A stretch of 64,000 nt of DNA, taken from Bugula neritina (Eukaryota > Animalia > Bryozoa). Both the position numbers and the translations under genes were made by a program. The stretch lies in contig OZ037765.1 of the NCBI GenBank assembly GCA_964035545.1, forward strand, positions 22,195,504 through 22,259,503, read 5' to 3'. A model generated the notes under the pieces. It did no database searches and was not told where the DNA came from. It was given only the letters and a program-made list of their open reading frames with translations. Below are positions 15,224 through 29,141 of the stretch, piece by piece; the stretch's first letter is position 1, and each line of letters opens with the position of its first letter.

Positions 15224-18200
15224 TCATCTGTAAAACGGACTAGTCGCTGACTTCATAAGTGCTGCCGAAGCAGATCCTCTCAATGCCTGTTGAGCTCTGA
15301 TAAAATACAACAAAAGCTTGATTTATAAAACAGCAACTTTCTTGAAGGAAGCGTGCATTAGTTTAACTCACTAAGTTAGTGAGATTCAAAATGAATAAGA
15401 TGAACAAGCAAGGAAGTAATTGTATATACAAGATTTGTAAGTTAAAGTTTAGAATGTTTACAGTCGACATGTGAATTGAATAGAGGTCAATAGGTATCAA
15501 AGAAGAATTATTTCATTATTTTCAAATTAGGAGTTTTCCTCTATTTAATAATAACATTTTTATGAGTTTGACATACATATGTCAATGGATAGGTTAATTT
15601 ATCCATAGCCCATAGTCATACACAACAGGCTGCAAGTATTACAATATATATGATATAAATATGAACAACCTAGTTATACTTAATATATAATCTATTGGTA
15701 CTTGATATAAACATTCCTAATTCGAGTAGAGCCTACAACTGGCATAGTTTTATTCCACCATCTCCTTGGTAACCAAATAAATTACCAGCATACATTTTAG
15801 TGAGGTAGTTGCACTGATACTGCACATGACAAGGTGACTAACCATTGCAGCACATAGCATAGATATACATATTATGATATGTGTATATAGACTGGCAGTG
15901 GTATTGATGCTTGTAACATTCAAACTTACTTGTTGGGTTGAGGAGAGCCAGCCTTTCTTCTATAACCTGCTTGATTAGTTGAAGCATTTGGGAGAGGCTT
16001 CCTGTAAAACAAACCAACACGCATGTATAAGTGTATGTGTAGGTGTATGTATAAGTATAAGTATAAGTATAGGTATAAGCATAGGCATAAGTATAACAAT
16101 AATAACAGCAAAATAAATGTTTTAGTATGAACAATAAACAGCTTTTACACTAATATCAAATGAACAGTGTTACTATATTCTTTATAGCTGCTGAGGTAAT
16201 AGCAAAACCATTTTTGAGAACTAATAAAAGATCATTTAGTACTATAAATAAATAACATGGAGCACTCAGCCAAACTTATGAGTTGCAAATTGCAATCATT
16301 TAGTAAAAATAGAAAGTGTGGGAGTGTTTGTTAGAGTGGCTGATTCAGAGAGAAGGGGAACAACTCCAAGAGTCTAAAAATCTACATACTTTTTCTCTTT
16401 CCCTTTAAATACTCTGTTGATGTCCACATGATTAGCCACAGGCTCTGCAGCGTTTATAGACGTAGATCCAAAAGAATCTATGTTTGCGTCAGACTCAACA
16501 CTAAGCGGTGCATATAAACTGTACCATTGCTATTAAAACAAAGCGAGAACGGACTATGTTACCACATATAAATTATTAATATTACATGTACTGTACATGT
16601 ATATCTATAATTTCAACACTTCTTACCACAACCGTTACAGAGATAATATCACGTAGAATGTTGTAAATGAGTAAAAGGCTATCAACAACATGATTTCACA
16701 GCAAAGGGAAATGATGCGCAACAAATGAACGACTGTTAGCAAGAACCAAATATTAGCACACAGATCACATTTAGAGTGATAAATACCAAACTTATTGACC
16801 TGTGAAATGCAAATCAATTAGCTGTGGCATATTCAATGATATATAATAATTTTGGCTATATTTTGATAGGAAATAAAATATTCTGTAAGAAGGTTCAATG
16901 AAACTTTACAAACGAGGTGACAACTCAAAGTTAGAAAACATGATTAGTAAATTAGCCTAGTGCAGGGGTGTCCAACCTTTTCAAACCGAGGGCCACAGAA
17001 ATGAAATATTTCATGGTGAGGGCCACATTGTAAGCTTCAGCTTGTGCTGGGGGCCACAGCATCAGTATCTTTCAAACTACTTTATTCCAAAACTTTATGA
17101 ATCATTACACAATTAAGTCTCCATAGTTACTGCCAGCTGCATTTTTTGTGTTATTTGTATAAATAAGGCATTTAAAAGGTGGCTTTTCACTTTAATTCAT
17201 GTAAACGGTGAAAAATTATTTTAGCTTTATGCCTTCGAGGGCCACATAAATGTAGGCTGGAGGCCACATCCGGCCCTAGGGCTGCCTGTTGGACAGCCCT
17301 GGCCTAGTGGAAACATATTAGCTCAAATTCAACTCTTGGAATGTTTCGAGATAAAAAGCTCTGCATCAAATGCTGATAATTTTTGATGTCACATGAAACA
17401 TAATATAAAACAATATGGGCTTTTTCACATAACTCCAATGAAGAAAATCATTTTTCTCTATAATATACAGTTTATTTCAACATGTAATTTTAATCATTTA
17501 GTCAAATTACTTAACTCTATATATAAAATCTACAGGCTAGCATAATGTCTTTATTTTATTCTAACACCAAGAAATAGCTAATGATGGTGATTTAAACCAT
17601 TGATTTATAATGTATGCCAAACAGGAAATGGGAGGATACAGCTGCACAGCGGGTAATCGGTACATTAAATATTTTACAGGAAGTATGGAATGCTTAGTGA
17701 AAGACACTGAAGAAACATCAACTGCTTTGAACTTATAAGAAAGAATAGGGGGTTATCATGTATTTCCATCATAATTATATATAAAATTATACATGTTTTA
17801 ATGAATGCACATACACAGAGAATATAGTGCTATTATTCAAAGACTGGAGTAAAGTTTAGACTTACTTGAACGGCTGGACTAATGCCAACATCAGTATAGA
17901 GATAGTGCCATTGAGGCAAACCTAGATTAGAGATCATGATTCTGAAATATGAGGAGAAATCAGCAGTGAGAAAGTGCCAACGGAGAGCTTTGTCTAGGAA
18001 CCAATAGTCTGCTTCCTTCCCGGGAACTCCTGTGAATGAGATCACATGAGCTTGTCAACTTTTTATATAAAAATCAGATTACCAAAGCCGAATTTACAGT
18101 TTTTCTTGCTGTATTCATGTATGGTAGTAATAATATATTTTTGCAGATGTAAAAATGCGTTCATGTAAGCTTTTTGTTACAGAATGTTTATGGAGAGCTT

Positions 18201-20603
18201 TTAAACTATCCACAATCAGCTTGAAATATAAGTTGATGTGCACTAAATAACCACATCATAGATTATATGTCATTTAAATAAACTTTTCAACAAGTTTGAA
18301 AATTGTGCTACCATTTTTATTCGAAAATCTTAGTCAAATACTACAGTATTGAAGGAATAAGCAAACTTCTGTATTTACTCACACAACACAGCGTATATAC
18401 TACTCTTACAGTTACTCATATTTAAAAAAAATATTTCAACAATATTTTAGTCAACTAAGCAGCTAAAAATGGCATAATTCTTTTCTTTTTACCAAAGAAA
18501 ATTTTTTACATAAATGAATAAAAATTGCTATAAATTGTTTACCTTGCTTAGTGTTATGAAATACGAGACACATTTTCCCCAAATTATTACAAGGATCTAG
18601 TTCAAACACACGACTCCTGCTGTCAAAGTGAGGATAAATGCCGCCTACAAGCATATAAAGTAAGCTGATAACACTATGAATACAAGAAACAGTATAAAAA
18701 AATAGTAAATCAGCCGCCAGTTTTGGGCTATATTAAAACATCAGAATGTACCAAGCATATAATATGATATATAGTAAGTAAATAATAGCAAAAAATTGAC
18801 CCACTTAGCTAAATAACTATACATTATTAAATATATATATATAACATAATATAACAAATGTATAACTGTTTACTCAATTTTGGATTCACCAACTAACTTA
18901 AACTCAACACTTACTGGGATCTTCATCTGCAGATATATCAATTTCAGAAAGAGAATAACTCCCTAACTTTCCATCTTTAGCATTGGAGGCATATCCAGCT
19001 ATTTTATCCAGCCTAGTTACGGCATTGATTTCCATCCTCCCAACAGGGATCACGTCATCTAACAGAGGCCAAATGAGCACATAAGTATTTTTATTCCCTA
19101 AATTGAGTTGTATCATCTAATTTTAATTTACAAGCAATGTAGCAGACTATTTATAATATAGTTATTAACAGTTAGAATTGGTTTGCCAAAGAAATAGCAT
19201 GATGTTCAAAATAAAAAATACGAAGGTATTGTTGGCTAATTCCTACAACAATGGTATCAAAACAGTCATATTTCATAGCAAAAGACTCACTAGTAGTGCA
19301 AATTCCTTCACTTAGCTAAATCAAACTGCAGCAATTGTCTATTTGTATTCCGACTTTCTTCAGAAGAATTCTTTACCAAAAAATGCAACAAAATTTAAAC
19401 TGACTGCTAAATAATTTATTAAGAAACTGTTTATTGAATATAATTTCCACTTTTATTTAGCTATTATATTTTCAATTTAAGACAACAAAAACTAATTGTT
19501 TTCCGATTGAATAAGATTATGATGATACAATTATGATAAACATTCCTTACAAAAATCTACCAACAACAAATATAAGTTACAGGAAAGTAGTTGATAACAA
19601 AATATTGAATTTTCATTACTTGAGACAAATTGTACATTAAAAATCAAAATGCATATGCATTTTGATTTTTAGTGAACCCATTTTTGCAACATCATCAAAT
19701 AGCTTGATTACAACTAACAGTATAATTTAACTTTTTATCTTGAAAACAAATTCATCGAATTTACCAACTTTATAAAAATTCCGTAGGCATGCAAACATTA
19801 CCTTTTATTTTGACTTTCCAAGTCAATAGGAATCCATTAGAGGTAAGATAAAACTGTTTGATATCAGCTGGCAATGTACAGCAATGAGTCTAGAAATGAC
19901 AAATACAGCACATCTATAAGTCTTTTGTCACTTAGGATTGGAAAGCTTGGAACATAGTAAACATACACGCAATCCTACGGCAGGTTTCTTGACAGTACAT
20001 TACACAAAGTGTTACAATACTGTAGTGTACAAAGCACTACGTTTACTTAAATTGGTATATCTCAATGTTTTATTAATACAAAATATGCCAGGTAACAGAA
20101 CACTTTTAGCATATATGATTCAAATTACTTACAGTTTCCCAGTTGTTGATAGCTGCCAGGTCAGCTGGACCTCGTTGGTCAATTACTACATCACACACCC
20201 CTTGCCTTTTACCTGAATTATATTAGTAGAATGTAGGTCACAGCTTTAACTGCAAAAAACTACTTATGCTTCACAAATAAACAAATCATTTATGTTTTGT
20301 ACTTTGTACCACATTTCATAACATTCAACATGGGGTCTCACGCTTATTCATTAACGTATTAAAAATTAGGAGTGACAAATTTACATATGATACAGGAACT
20401 TACGGTTAAATCTAAACCATAAAGTTTTGATTACAATGTGTCCAAGTGACTATAATTCAACATGACAAATCTAGAAAAAGGATATGAGTCCTTAAGTGTT
20501 AAGATCATGATATTCAACGTATGACTTTACCAAGTGACTGTACAACACCCAATGTGAGACGTTCTACCATTTTTGAACGAAATTCAGCTGTTGTTGAAGA
20601 CAT
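15224..20603 (-). CDS. TPGS2: Tubulin polyglutamylase complex subunit 2; 9 coding exons, ~311 aa
   Basis: Exons (minus) 20603-20531, 20212-20133, 19889-19802, 19058-18915, 18644-18543, 18029-17866, 16529-16390, 16001-15930, 15296-15224, all GT-AG and phase-consistent (936 nt). Motifs ERLTLGVV, FYLTSNGFLLTW, PHFDSRSRVFELDPCN, WFLDKALRWHFLT, LGLPQWHY..GISP..QWY match TPGS2. Confidence 0.93.
16026..16100. repeat. Degenerate hexamer microsatellite (GTATAA/GTATAG/GCATAG)n in TPGS2 intron
   Basis: gtataagtataagtataagtataggtataagcataggcataagtataa read directly. Confidence 0.85.
16963..17301. mobile_element. Non-autonomous hAT (Charlie/Buster-type) MITE, 339 bp
   Basis: TIRs caggggtgtccaac / gttggacagccctg; perfect 8-bp TSD GCCTAGTG at 16955-16962 and 17302-17309 (nnnTAnnn); repeated subterminal gggccaca motifs. 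Confidence 0.92.
19638..19671. repeat. Perfect 34-bp palindrome in TPGS2 intron
   Basis: taaaaatcaaaatgcat|atgcattttgattttta, no spacer. Confidence 0.9.
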
Positions 20604-21221
20604 TTTCTAAACCAATCTGTTTACAAATTACTAGTCCTGTAAAAATAAAACAACATTAAATAAACTGAGTATTTAAACATTTTTTTGGTTATTTCTAGCT
20701 ATAGGCTTATGCTGTATTATGATTGAGAATGTTAATATGCAAATTGATGCTATAACGGCCATACTGAGTTCAAGTCAAATTTCAATGTAAATTATTCCAT
20801 TAACTTACGAAGATTTTATTTCCATGATAAAAAATTACAATCATTAGTAAAAAAGAGAGAGAGCCACATAATATATTTGCATTATACCATACATTTTCTT
20901 GCTGTAAATCTAGAGACTGGAGCAAGCAAAATCTGAAACTTAATTTAACTTTTAGAGCTTATAGCAAGAACTTTGATATATTTGATACATTATAGTTAAT
21001 TAAATCAGGGCTGCATAGTTACATTTATGTAACACTAAACTCTGCAGAAATACTTAGCTAACTCTAAAGTTGCATACCCAAACAAAACTATTAAAATGAA
21101 AACGCTGGAATTTGCAGTTTAGGGCAATTGATCTGAGACAACTACAGTACGCATTGAACAGACATAAAAGTAAACTGTGAAGTTTGTGAAAGAAATGGTA
21201 CAAATGAGGCAAAAGATTTAC

Positions 21222-21454
21222 CTGAGCTCAAAGCCTTGCAAGACAGATAAAGGAACCAGTGACCCAATCTCTTGAAGCAAATATTAGAATATTGTTCTTC
21301 TCTCTTTAAGTTATATGAAAAGCTTATAAACTAGCCAGTCACACCAGTTACCCTCAGGGTCCAAGCTAAGTGGTGTACCCCAAACCTTTAGGACAAACTT
21401 CTTTCTACGAGCATTTTATAACAACACGAGACATGCGAGCATCACTCTAATCAC
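21222..21454 (-). other. Putative non-coding 5' UTR exon of TPGS2 containing three short uORFs
   Basis: Bounded on the minus strand by acceptor ctgcag|G and donor cag|gtaaat; the first coding exon has an acceptor at ~20637; no long ORF in this segment. Confidence 0.5.
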
Positions 21455-22099
21455 CTGCAGACATATCCACAAGTACTTATGCTGAGATAAATAATAATCT
21501 CTACCTAAGTGAATAAATTCCAACATCTAAAACAACCACTAACACTAATCTAATGTTCTAAAGAGAGTATCACTGTAAGATAAAGCTAAACTTAGTCATT
21601 TTGATCATTATTTCAAACCAGAGTCAAGTGTGGTAATAGTTGACAGAAAAATATTTCAATATTCAATCCTTGTTATCCTTAAATGTAATATACTAAGCGT
21701 TTATTCAAAGTACAAACATCGCTAAAACTATACATCTAAATATAAATATTAGTAATTGAAAGAGTATTAAATTTAATGTTATATTTTTATTATTAATATT
21801 ATATTTATTGTAGTGACCTATCATTGCAATTATTAATATGATTATTATGAATATTATATTATTAATATTATAATTATTGCTATTCTTTTTGAATACATTT
21901 ATTACAAAATACTTCCACCAGGGCCTAGGTGCTTAACTATAAGTCTATGAAATATGACAATTATTTAAGTTTGGCGATTTGTCAGTATAATTATAAAGTT
22001 TGAGTCAATGTTTACAATATGATTACAGTTATAACAAAATAAATTTGTTATCACGTTGACAATATTCAATTTCATATTAATAAATAATAAATGAGGTAA

Positions 22100-22260
22100 T
22101 ACTCATGCTGATACAATCATAATGAGTCTTAAACTGACAGTCACAGTGACAGTGTGAATGTGAAAGTGAATCACTGAAGGTGAAACTGAAAGTGAAGATA
22201 ATCATAATGATAATGATCAAATTTTCAAACTGACATTACGGTTATATTTATGTTGAATTA
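22100..22260. repeat. Degenerate 6-bp-periodic tract, left flank of TPGS2/Erlin divergent promoter region
   Basis: actgacagtcacagtgacagtgtgaatgtgaaagtgaa...gataatcataatgataatgatc. Confidence 0.7.
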
Positions 22261-22849
22261 TTTAGCCTTAAAACTATTACCCTTGAAACTACATGTATTT
22301 GATGCACTAGAAGTAAGTTGATCACTTTTAATTTTTAGACAAATAAAGTTTAATCACAATGACATCATCTTGATGACAAAGATAAGACAATAGGACTAAG
22401 CGATAAGACAAGCTGGACAAATCTGAAACAACCACGAGTCTGATGAAATGAATATTGTCGTTTGATTGGTTGCAAGTGTAAACAAACCTATTGTCTAATA
22501 GAATATGTGCTAGCAAATTATAAAAGGTAGTATTATGTACTCGCTAATATTAAACCGTAATTCTAAAAAAGTCGGTCTTTTCTTCTTGCCAGTTAAATAA
22601 AATTTGAGTAATATTGGTCCTACATCAGTCATATTTTTCTTCGTATCAGGCTATTTTTAAAAGCATTTGATTTATTTTTTTTCGGGAAATTTTTCATCAG
22701 GTGAAATTGCATAATGATTACTTATATTAGTATTACAGACGGTGCGCAATGTTGCTACAAATAATCATCATAATAATGATGATGGAGTATTTTAATTTTT
22801 AACAATAACATCAACTTACTAAATTTGTAGTTCAAGTTTAACTCAAACG

Positions 22850-23130
22850 GAAACTGACATACTGATACTGATACTCATACTCATACTGGCTACTCATACT
22901 GATACTCATAGTCATACTCATAGTGATAGTCAATGTCATAGTGATAGTCAATAGTCATACTCGTAGAGTTCGACTATAGAAATACTCATAGTCATAGTGA
23001 TAGTATTACTATTACTATTAGTATTAGTTAAAACTTGAAGTTATACTTAATCTTATAGAAAAATAGATCAACAATAACATTAACTCACTCATTATGATTA
23101 TAATTATGATTACACTTACAGTTAATTGCA
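22850..23130. repeat. Degenerate 6-bp-periodic tract (ACTGAT/ACTCAT/AGTCAT/AGTGAT/AGTATT), right flank of TPGS2/Erlin divergent promoter region
   Basis: actgatactgatactcatactcat...agtcatactcatagtgatagtca...agtattactattactattagtatt. Confidence 0.85.
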
Positions 23131-23259
23131 GTAGTCCGATAGGTGTAGCAAAAGCTTTTAGTTTTAGTTTTACTTTTAATATTTCTAATGATATTTATAT
23201 TATTATTATACATTCATTTTTATTTTCAATGGTTTAATTTTATATATGATCATAATGTA

Positions 23260-23760
23260 CGAGGGCGATTCGAAAAGTAAAGATAATTTTATCATAAGTC
23301 AAGTTGAAGCTGTAATATCCTGGCAAGTCAACACAATTTTGTCAGTGTCTGGTAAAAATGGCACCTGTAAAACTGGCACAGGTAATAATGGCACAAATGA
23401 CAAAGTAAGTAAAAATGGCACATTTGTGCCATTATTACCTGTGCCATCATTACCCGTGTCATTTTTACAGTGCCATTTTTACCTGTGCCATTTTTACAGT
23501 GCCATTTTTACCTGTGCCATTTTTACAGTGCCATTTTTACCTGTGCCATTTTTACAGGTGCCATTTTTATCTAAAATCATTTCTGTCATCTTAGTACTAC
23601 TACTATCTGTTTTATTCCCTCAGCGTAAGATTCAGTAAATTGACTCAGTAAAAATTCGCTCACAGTAGTTTTGACCTTGCCATGAGTCTCTAAGTGAATG
23701 AATACCTCTGGCATGGAACTTCAAAGCACCAAAGAGATGGTAATTAGAATGTGCAAGATT
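23260..23760 (+). mobile_element. Possible mariner-like transposon 5' remnant, interrupted by a foldback element
   Basis: TA followed by cgagggcgattcgaaaagtaaagataa resembles irritans/Hsmar2-type mariner termini (CGAGGG...TTCRAAAAGT). No partner TIR or transposase found; right boundary uncertain. Confidence 0.4.
23351..23571. mobile_element. Foldback/MITE-like element made of inverted arrays of a GTGCCATTTTTAC subrepeat
   Basis: 4 copies of gtaaaaatggcac (23352-23420) face 10 copies of gtgccatttttac (23425-23571); the ends are reverse complements over ~21 bp (taaaaatggcacctgtaaaa). Confidence 0.75.
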
Positions 23761-25291
23761 AGGATTGTAAAGTGGATGCCTTGATAGTTCCCAACCTAAT
23801 TGGTTGCTGGTCTCAATGGTTCAAGTGGCAGAGTGTGCCCTTGAAGTGTTTTTGTGGTATGGGAATAATATTGATTCTTCAAAGTAAATTTATTTGTCTC
23901 TAACTACTGACAATCCAGTGTCAGCATCCCAACAGCATTTTAAATTGTAATTAAATGCCTTCTGCTGCCAATCAGTTTTTGTAGCACTAGAAAAAAAGGT
24001 TCTCTAATATAGGAAAAGCAAAATCACTGTAGAACATAGCAGTGCGTCTCAAGCTTTCCGATCCATAAATTTGTACACAAAGTGTTAGATGGCAGAAGAC
24101 ATGTAATAATTGTGATTTTTATATACTTGATTTTCATGGTGATGGTTGAGTCACCTTGTTCATTTCGATATTAAGAAATGTTCAAGGAAATGATCAGTAA
24201 ATTTTTGTTAGTTGAGTTAATCACCCAATTATACCTATAGATCTTGCACTCAGTAGCTGTAGGTGTAGTCAACATGAGCAAAGTGATACTAAATTTACTA
24301 CTACTTACTATTATCACTGTCCTAATAGTAATGATAGTGATTGTGTAAGTTTTCAATACATTTATTATTAATATATTTTGTAATAAGTATTAGCATTAGT
24401 GGATAGTACTAATACTTTCTCTAGCTACTATTCTTGTAGTACTATTGCTACTGATTATTGATTGTTAAGATGTGAGTAATCAATTACTCAGGTCTGCTCT
24501 TACTAACGACAAGGCTAACTTCTAAATAGCCTTTTCACAGTCTTGTAATTACTACTATGCTAAGTATAGCGTGTAGTCTATAGCTATTGACAACTCGATG
24601 TAAAGGTGCAAGGCCTAAGAGTATAATATTTTTTCAAATTAGCTGTTCAATGATGAGTTATGCATATATTATTTTCTGTTTCTTATGCAATAAATGGTAT
24701 CCATTACATTTTTATTGGGTATACCTAATTTTCGGGGACTAAAGCTAAATATCATTGTGACACAATAATATCAATTATAAGGGTAAAGCTTGTTTACTTG
24801 CGATATTCTATTGGTTGATTTAAATTAGTTTATGTTTGTATTTTAATCTTATATATGTATTTATAGCAAGATGTTTGTATAGTGTAACTGTTCAAATTAT
24901 ATTCCAGTCATTGTTAATGCCAAGTTTGATCTCAAAACAAAGTTATGCGCAAATAGGAAAGTCACAAACCTTTTGGACTTTCTAGGAATATCAGCTATGT
25001 TATATTCAGTATCTTTATATTGTTATTTAATAAATTTTGGGTTTAAAGCAAGATTGACCATTATGCCTAAATCGGCTCTAAATATTAATGAAATTTCTTT
25101 GCTCTGCAAAAACTACAATGCATTTAATGTTGATTTTGTTACTTTCGCAATAACCATGAATATAGTTGTGTTTGTACTAGCCAAAGTAAGATTTCTTTTT
25201 ATCAAACACGCTAAATTTATCATGAATTGTTTCAATAATCTATTTAGTGGTTATAGATTTACAATAAACTTGGTAGAATAGAATACTCACC

Positions 25292-28200
25292 ATGGCAACG
25301 CTATCTGAGTTACTTCCTTTTATTGTTATGGGATTTGCTGCATTTGGCCTTCATAATGCCATCCACCGAATTGATGAGGGTGAGTCTTTACTAAGCTTAC
25401 ATTTGAAGTGCATTTTATTCTAATAGAAGTTTTGCATTATTGATTGAATATTTATTCCCTCCAAGTGTTATCCAAACTCATGTTCATATTTTGTTAGGTC
25501 ATGTGGGAGTGTACTACCGGGTAAGTTGAATATTTATTACGTAATAATGAATAAATTAGTTGCTTTTACCCTCTTAGTTTGTGGTTGTTTGTTTTTAAAT
25601 AATTCACTTTGTAGAATGTATTAACTTTTGTATAGCACATCTTATATTGTAAAACATGTTCTCTGACTAGTTTTATGATTGTATGGTAATATTACACAAA
25701 TAATGCTTAATTATAATTTGAAAAGAGACAGTTTAAATGTGTCAGTGTGTAAGTACATAGCACAATAAACAAGTTTGTTATAGGGAGGTGCTTTGCTTTC
25801 AACTGTTAATGGACCTGGGTACCATTTGATGATGCCTTTTGTCACCATTTTTCGAAGTGTTCAAACCACAATGCAAACTGACGAAGTTAAGAATGTGCCG
25901 TGCGGAACAAGGTAAATAATTAATGTTCTGTATTTAAAAACACCTTCTAGTATATTGCACTGTAGATTTATTTCTATAAACATTGTCTGTTATCTTTTCA
26001 CTTAGTTTGCTCAATATAAGAAACAACTATAAGCTATACCAGCAGTTTCACCTTACCTTATGTAAATTTAAAAAAATATTTTTGAGGAGAGTGAGGTAGG
26101 TTGGATTTTATTTTGAACTTTCTTAGTAACATAGCTGGAAGGCTTTAAATACGCTATCTGTAGTTAGATGCCTTTATTGTCACCACCCAAAACTTTAGTT
26201 AAAATCTAACCAAGTGTCTGCTACTATACAGAATGGTTCTTCTTTCTGTCAATTGGGGAAGAAAGAATAATTCTTATATTTAATCATGTTTAAATTCAAT
26301 AGAATTGCTTCTCGTAGTATTTATTATTTTATGTATTTTTGTAGTGGAGGTGTAATGATCTACTTTGATAGAGTTGAAGTTGTTAATATTTTAAAGACTT
26401 CCGCTGCTTACGATATAGTCAAGAATTACACAGCAGACTATGATAGAACACTTATATACAACAAAATCCACCACGAACTCAATCAATTCTGTAGTGTTCA
26501 CACTCTACAGGAAGTCTACATTGATCTCTTCGGTATGTGCTCTCCTGCAACACAAATATCTCTTTGAATATTTGCAAATGAATTTATCTCGCCATATTAT
26601 TAATTAAACTCATAATATGAAAGTTGCAATAAATTCGGGTCCAATGCAAAAATTTTTTTATAAATTTCACTGTCGAGTTTTATAAATTTTAACGGGAGTA
26701 AATATTTTATGAAATAGTTGTTCTTTTCTGTGATTTTTTTTACATATTTGTAAAGTTATCAATATGAAATGACTGCAATATTAGCTTTTAGTATTTTGAC
26801 AGATGTTTTATATATTGAAGCATACTGCTCACAGTATGAATTTTTCTGCCTAGTAAATTTATTTGCTTAAGTGTGTTAACACTTTCATTCATCTAACTGG
26901 AAATTTAAATATCCGTATCATTTGAGGGCAACAACTTATACAAATGTTATGCCGAAACTCAAGGCAAGTAAAATACCATTTCTCATGCCTGCTTATATAA
27001 TAGGGTTAAGCAAACTGAATACTGCTCATACTTTTGGAATATTCAGTATTTGAGGTTGGCTAAATTTATTCAGTGTAAATAAGGTGTATGCTACAACGCA
27101 AGATATTTCTTGAAAAGTTTTATGGATAAATGTTTATATGTTGATTATGCTTTTATTACGGTTTTTTCTTCATTATACTGCACATAACTCCTTAATCTGT
27201 GGTTAGATTCAGTCAAATTGTTCATGAATGCAAAATGTGTCAAAATTCAAGACCTGATTGTTTTAATGAATTTTCATATTGCATTGAGTGCTGGGCTAAT
27301 GGCTTTATTCTCATGCATAATACATTCTTATTTTAGATCAGATTGATGAAAACTTAAAGCTTGCCTTACAGGATGATTTGGATAAACTAGCACCAGGTCT
27401 AATAGTACAAGCTGTAAGAGTGACTAAACCGAAAATACCCGAAACAATTAGAAAAAACTATGAAGAAATGTATGTAGCTTCTGTTACAACGTAGTTGCAT
27501 ACCCCTCTTTAGCTATATACTAGCAAGTATTGTGTTTTAACATGGCGTTTATATTTTGCATTACTTGTTAAATGCTGCAATTCAATATGCTTTAGGGAGC
27601 AAGAAAAGACCAAACTGCTAATAGCTGTTCAGAGGCAGAAAGTTATAGAAAAAGAAGCCGAAACAGAACGAAAAAGAGCTATTATTGGTAAGACCTGTTT
27701 TTATAGCTTGAAATAGAAAAATGCAAACTATCAACTTGAGTAAATAAGTTATGCATGTGAATAGGTAGACAGAAATGCTTGTAGATTGATAATTTGCTCA
27801 ACGTGAATGATTCTCAAAACTAGTTCTCTGGTTTTAGAGGCTGAGAAGCAGCAGCAAGTTGCTAAAATAACCTGGATGCAGAATATTGAGCAGAAGGAAG
27901 CCCAGAAGAAAATTTCTGAAATAGAAGGTGAAACTTGACTATATTTCTAAATAGTGATGCTATATTGCAGTGGCATTAAAGTAGTTTATTATATAAAAGT
28001 AGTTTGAATGCCATACTTTATTTCCGAATCGTGTTGTGTATCTGATATTCAGACTAATATCTTGTATCGTGTTTAGATCAATCTCATCTTGCCAAGGAGA
28101 AAGCCAGGACAGACGCAGAATTCTACAAGGCTTCAAAAGAAGCTCAGTCAAATCAGGTAAGTTGAATAGCACAACTGTAATAGGAAAGATGAAAAGTAAA

Positions 28201-28752
28201 TGGGAAAGCCTATCTAGTGACTGTGATTGTTTGTCAGATAGTTGATCCATCCAAGTGTTTACAGATATTTCAACCTTCAATGGAGGAGATATCTGATCAA
28301 CTCTCTAATATTAAATCTAGTAAAAAAATCTGAAGAAACTATTGAAGTTATGGCTATTTTTTTACTGCGTGTGAAAGGTTTTAATAATAGCCATTTGTAG
28401 AGTATTTAATTTGCTTAAAATTAGCACTATGTAGTTTCACATCTTGAAATTTCTAATAAGTTAGTCAAACCCTACATTGACTACACAAAATAAAAATTAA
28501 TTTTTTTTTACCAGTTCGGTAAACATTGCCGATAATAGGTTTTTTATTTTCTGAAATTTATATACGTATATATTATATATATAAATTTATTGAATTTTGT
28601 AGTTGAGATTTACCCCAGAGTATCTTGAATACATGCGAGTCCAAGCCATAGCTAGCAATACAAAAATCTACTTTGGGGACAGTATTCCCACTATGTTCAC
28701 TGGCAATACGGATATTTCCGCTACTGTTGCCAAAAAATCATCGACAAAATAA
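25292..28752 (+). CDS. ERLIN: Erlin (ER lipid raft-associated SPFH/band 7 protein, Erlin-1/2-like); 9 coding exons, ~323 aa
   Basis: Exons 25292-25379, 25498-25520, 25784-25911, 26345-26532, 27337-27469, 27596-27687, 27838-27927, 28077-28156, 28603-28752 (972 nt). Motifs [100 protein letters not shown]. Confidence 0.96.
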
Positions 28753-29141
28753 CCTTAGTGATGTCACACATTGCAAACACTCAAAATTTCAGTTATTGCC
28801 CAAATTAAGATGTTACAATGGCCTGCTGTATATTTAATCTCTTTCACCAACTTATTTAGTGAACATTCAATCTACATTTGTTTGTTTTATAAAATTTGCT
28901 GTATGTATAACAATACAACTGCTCATTGCCTGTAATTGTATAGTAGTGTTGCTCAATATTAGCAAAGCTTAGTTTTTCCATCATAATGCTGTAGTAATAT
29001 TGTTGTTCACTGATTTTTTACTATTCAATTTATTATAAAATATGTACAATAAAGAAATTCATTCTCTGAAATGTTGATTAGTAGAGAAAAAGTCTGTCCA
29101 ATGCAGCATTTTCAGTTGATTCATATCTCTGTGTTGTTCTG

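Noticed and set aside
15838-16134. 98-aa ORF and alternative frame GSLSQMLQLIKQVIEERLALL of TPGS2 exon 8
   Set aside because: N-terminus is microsatellite; splice phases of the flanking exons select the other frame (KKPLPNAS...).
23246-23638. 130-aa ORF
   Set aside because: Arises from the foldback subrepeat array.
23805-23845. tRNA A-box-like sequence (similar one at ~54826)
   Set aside because: No B-box or cloverleaf; at most a decayed SINE head.
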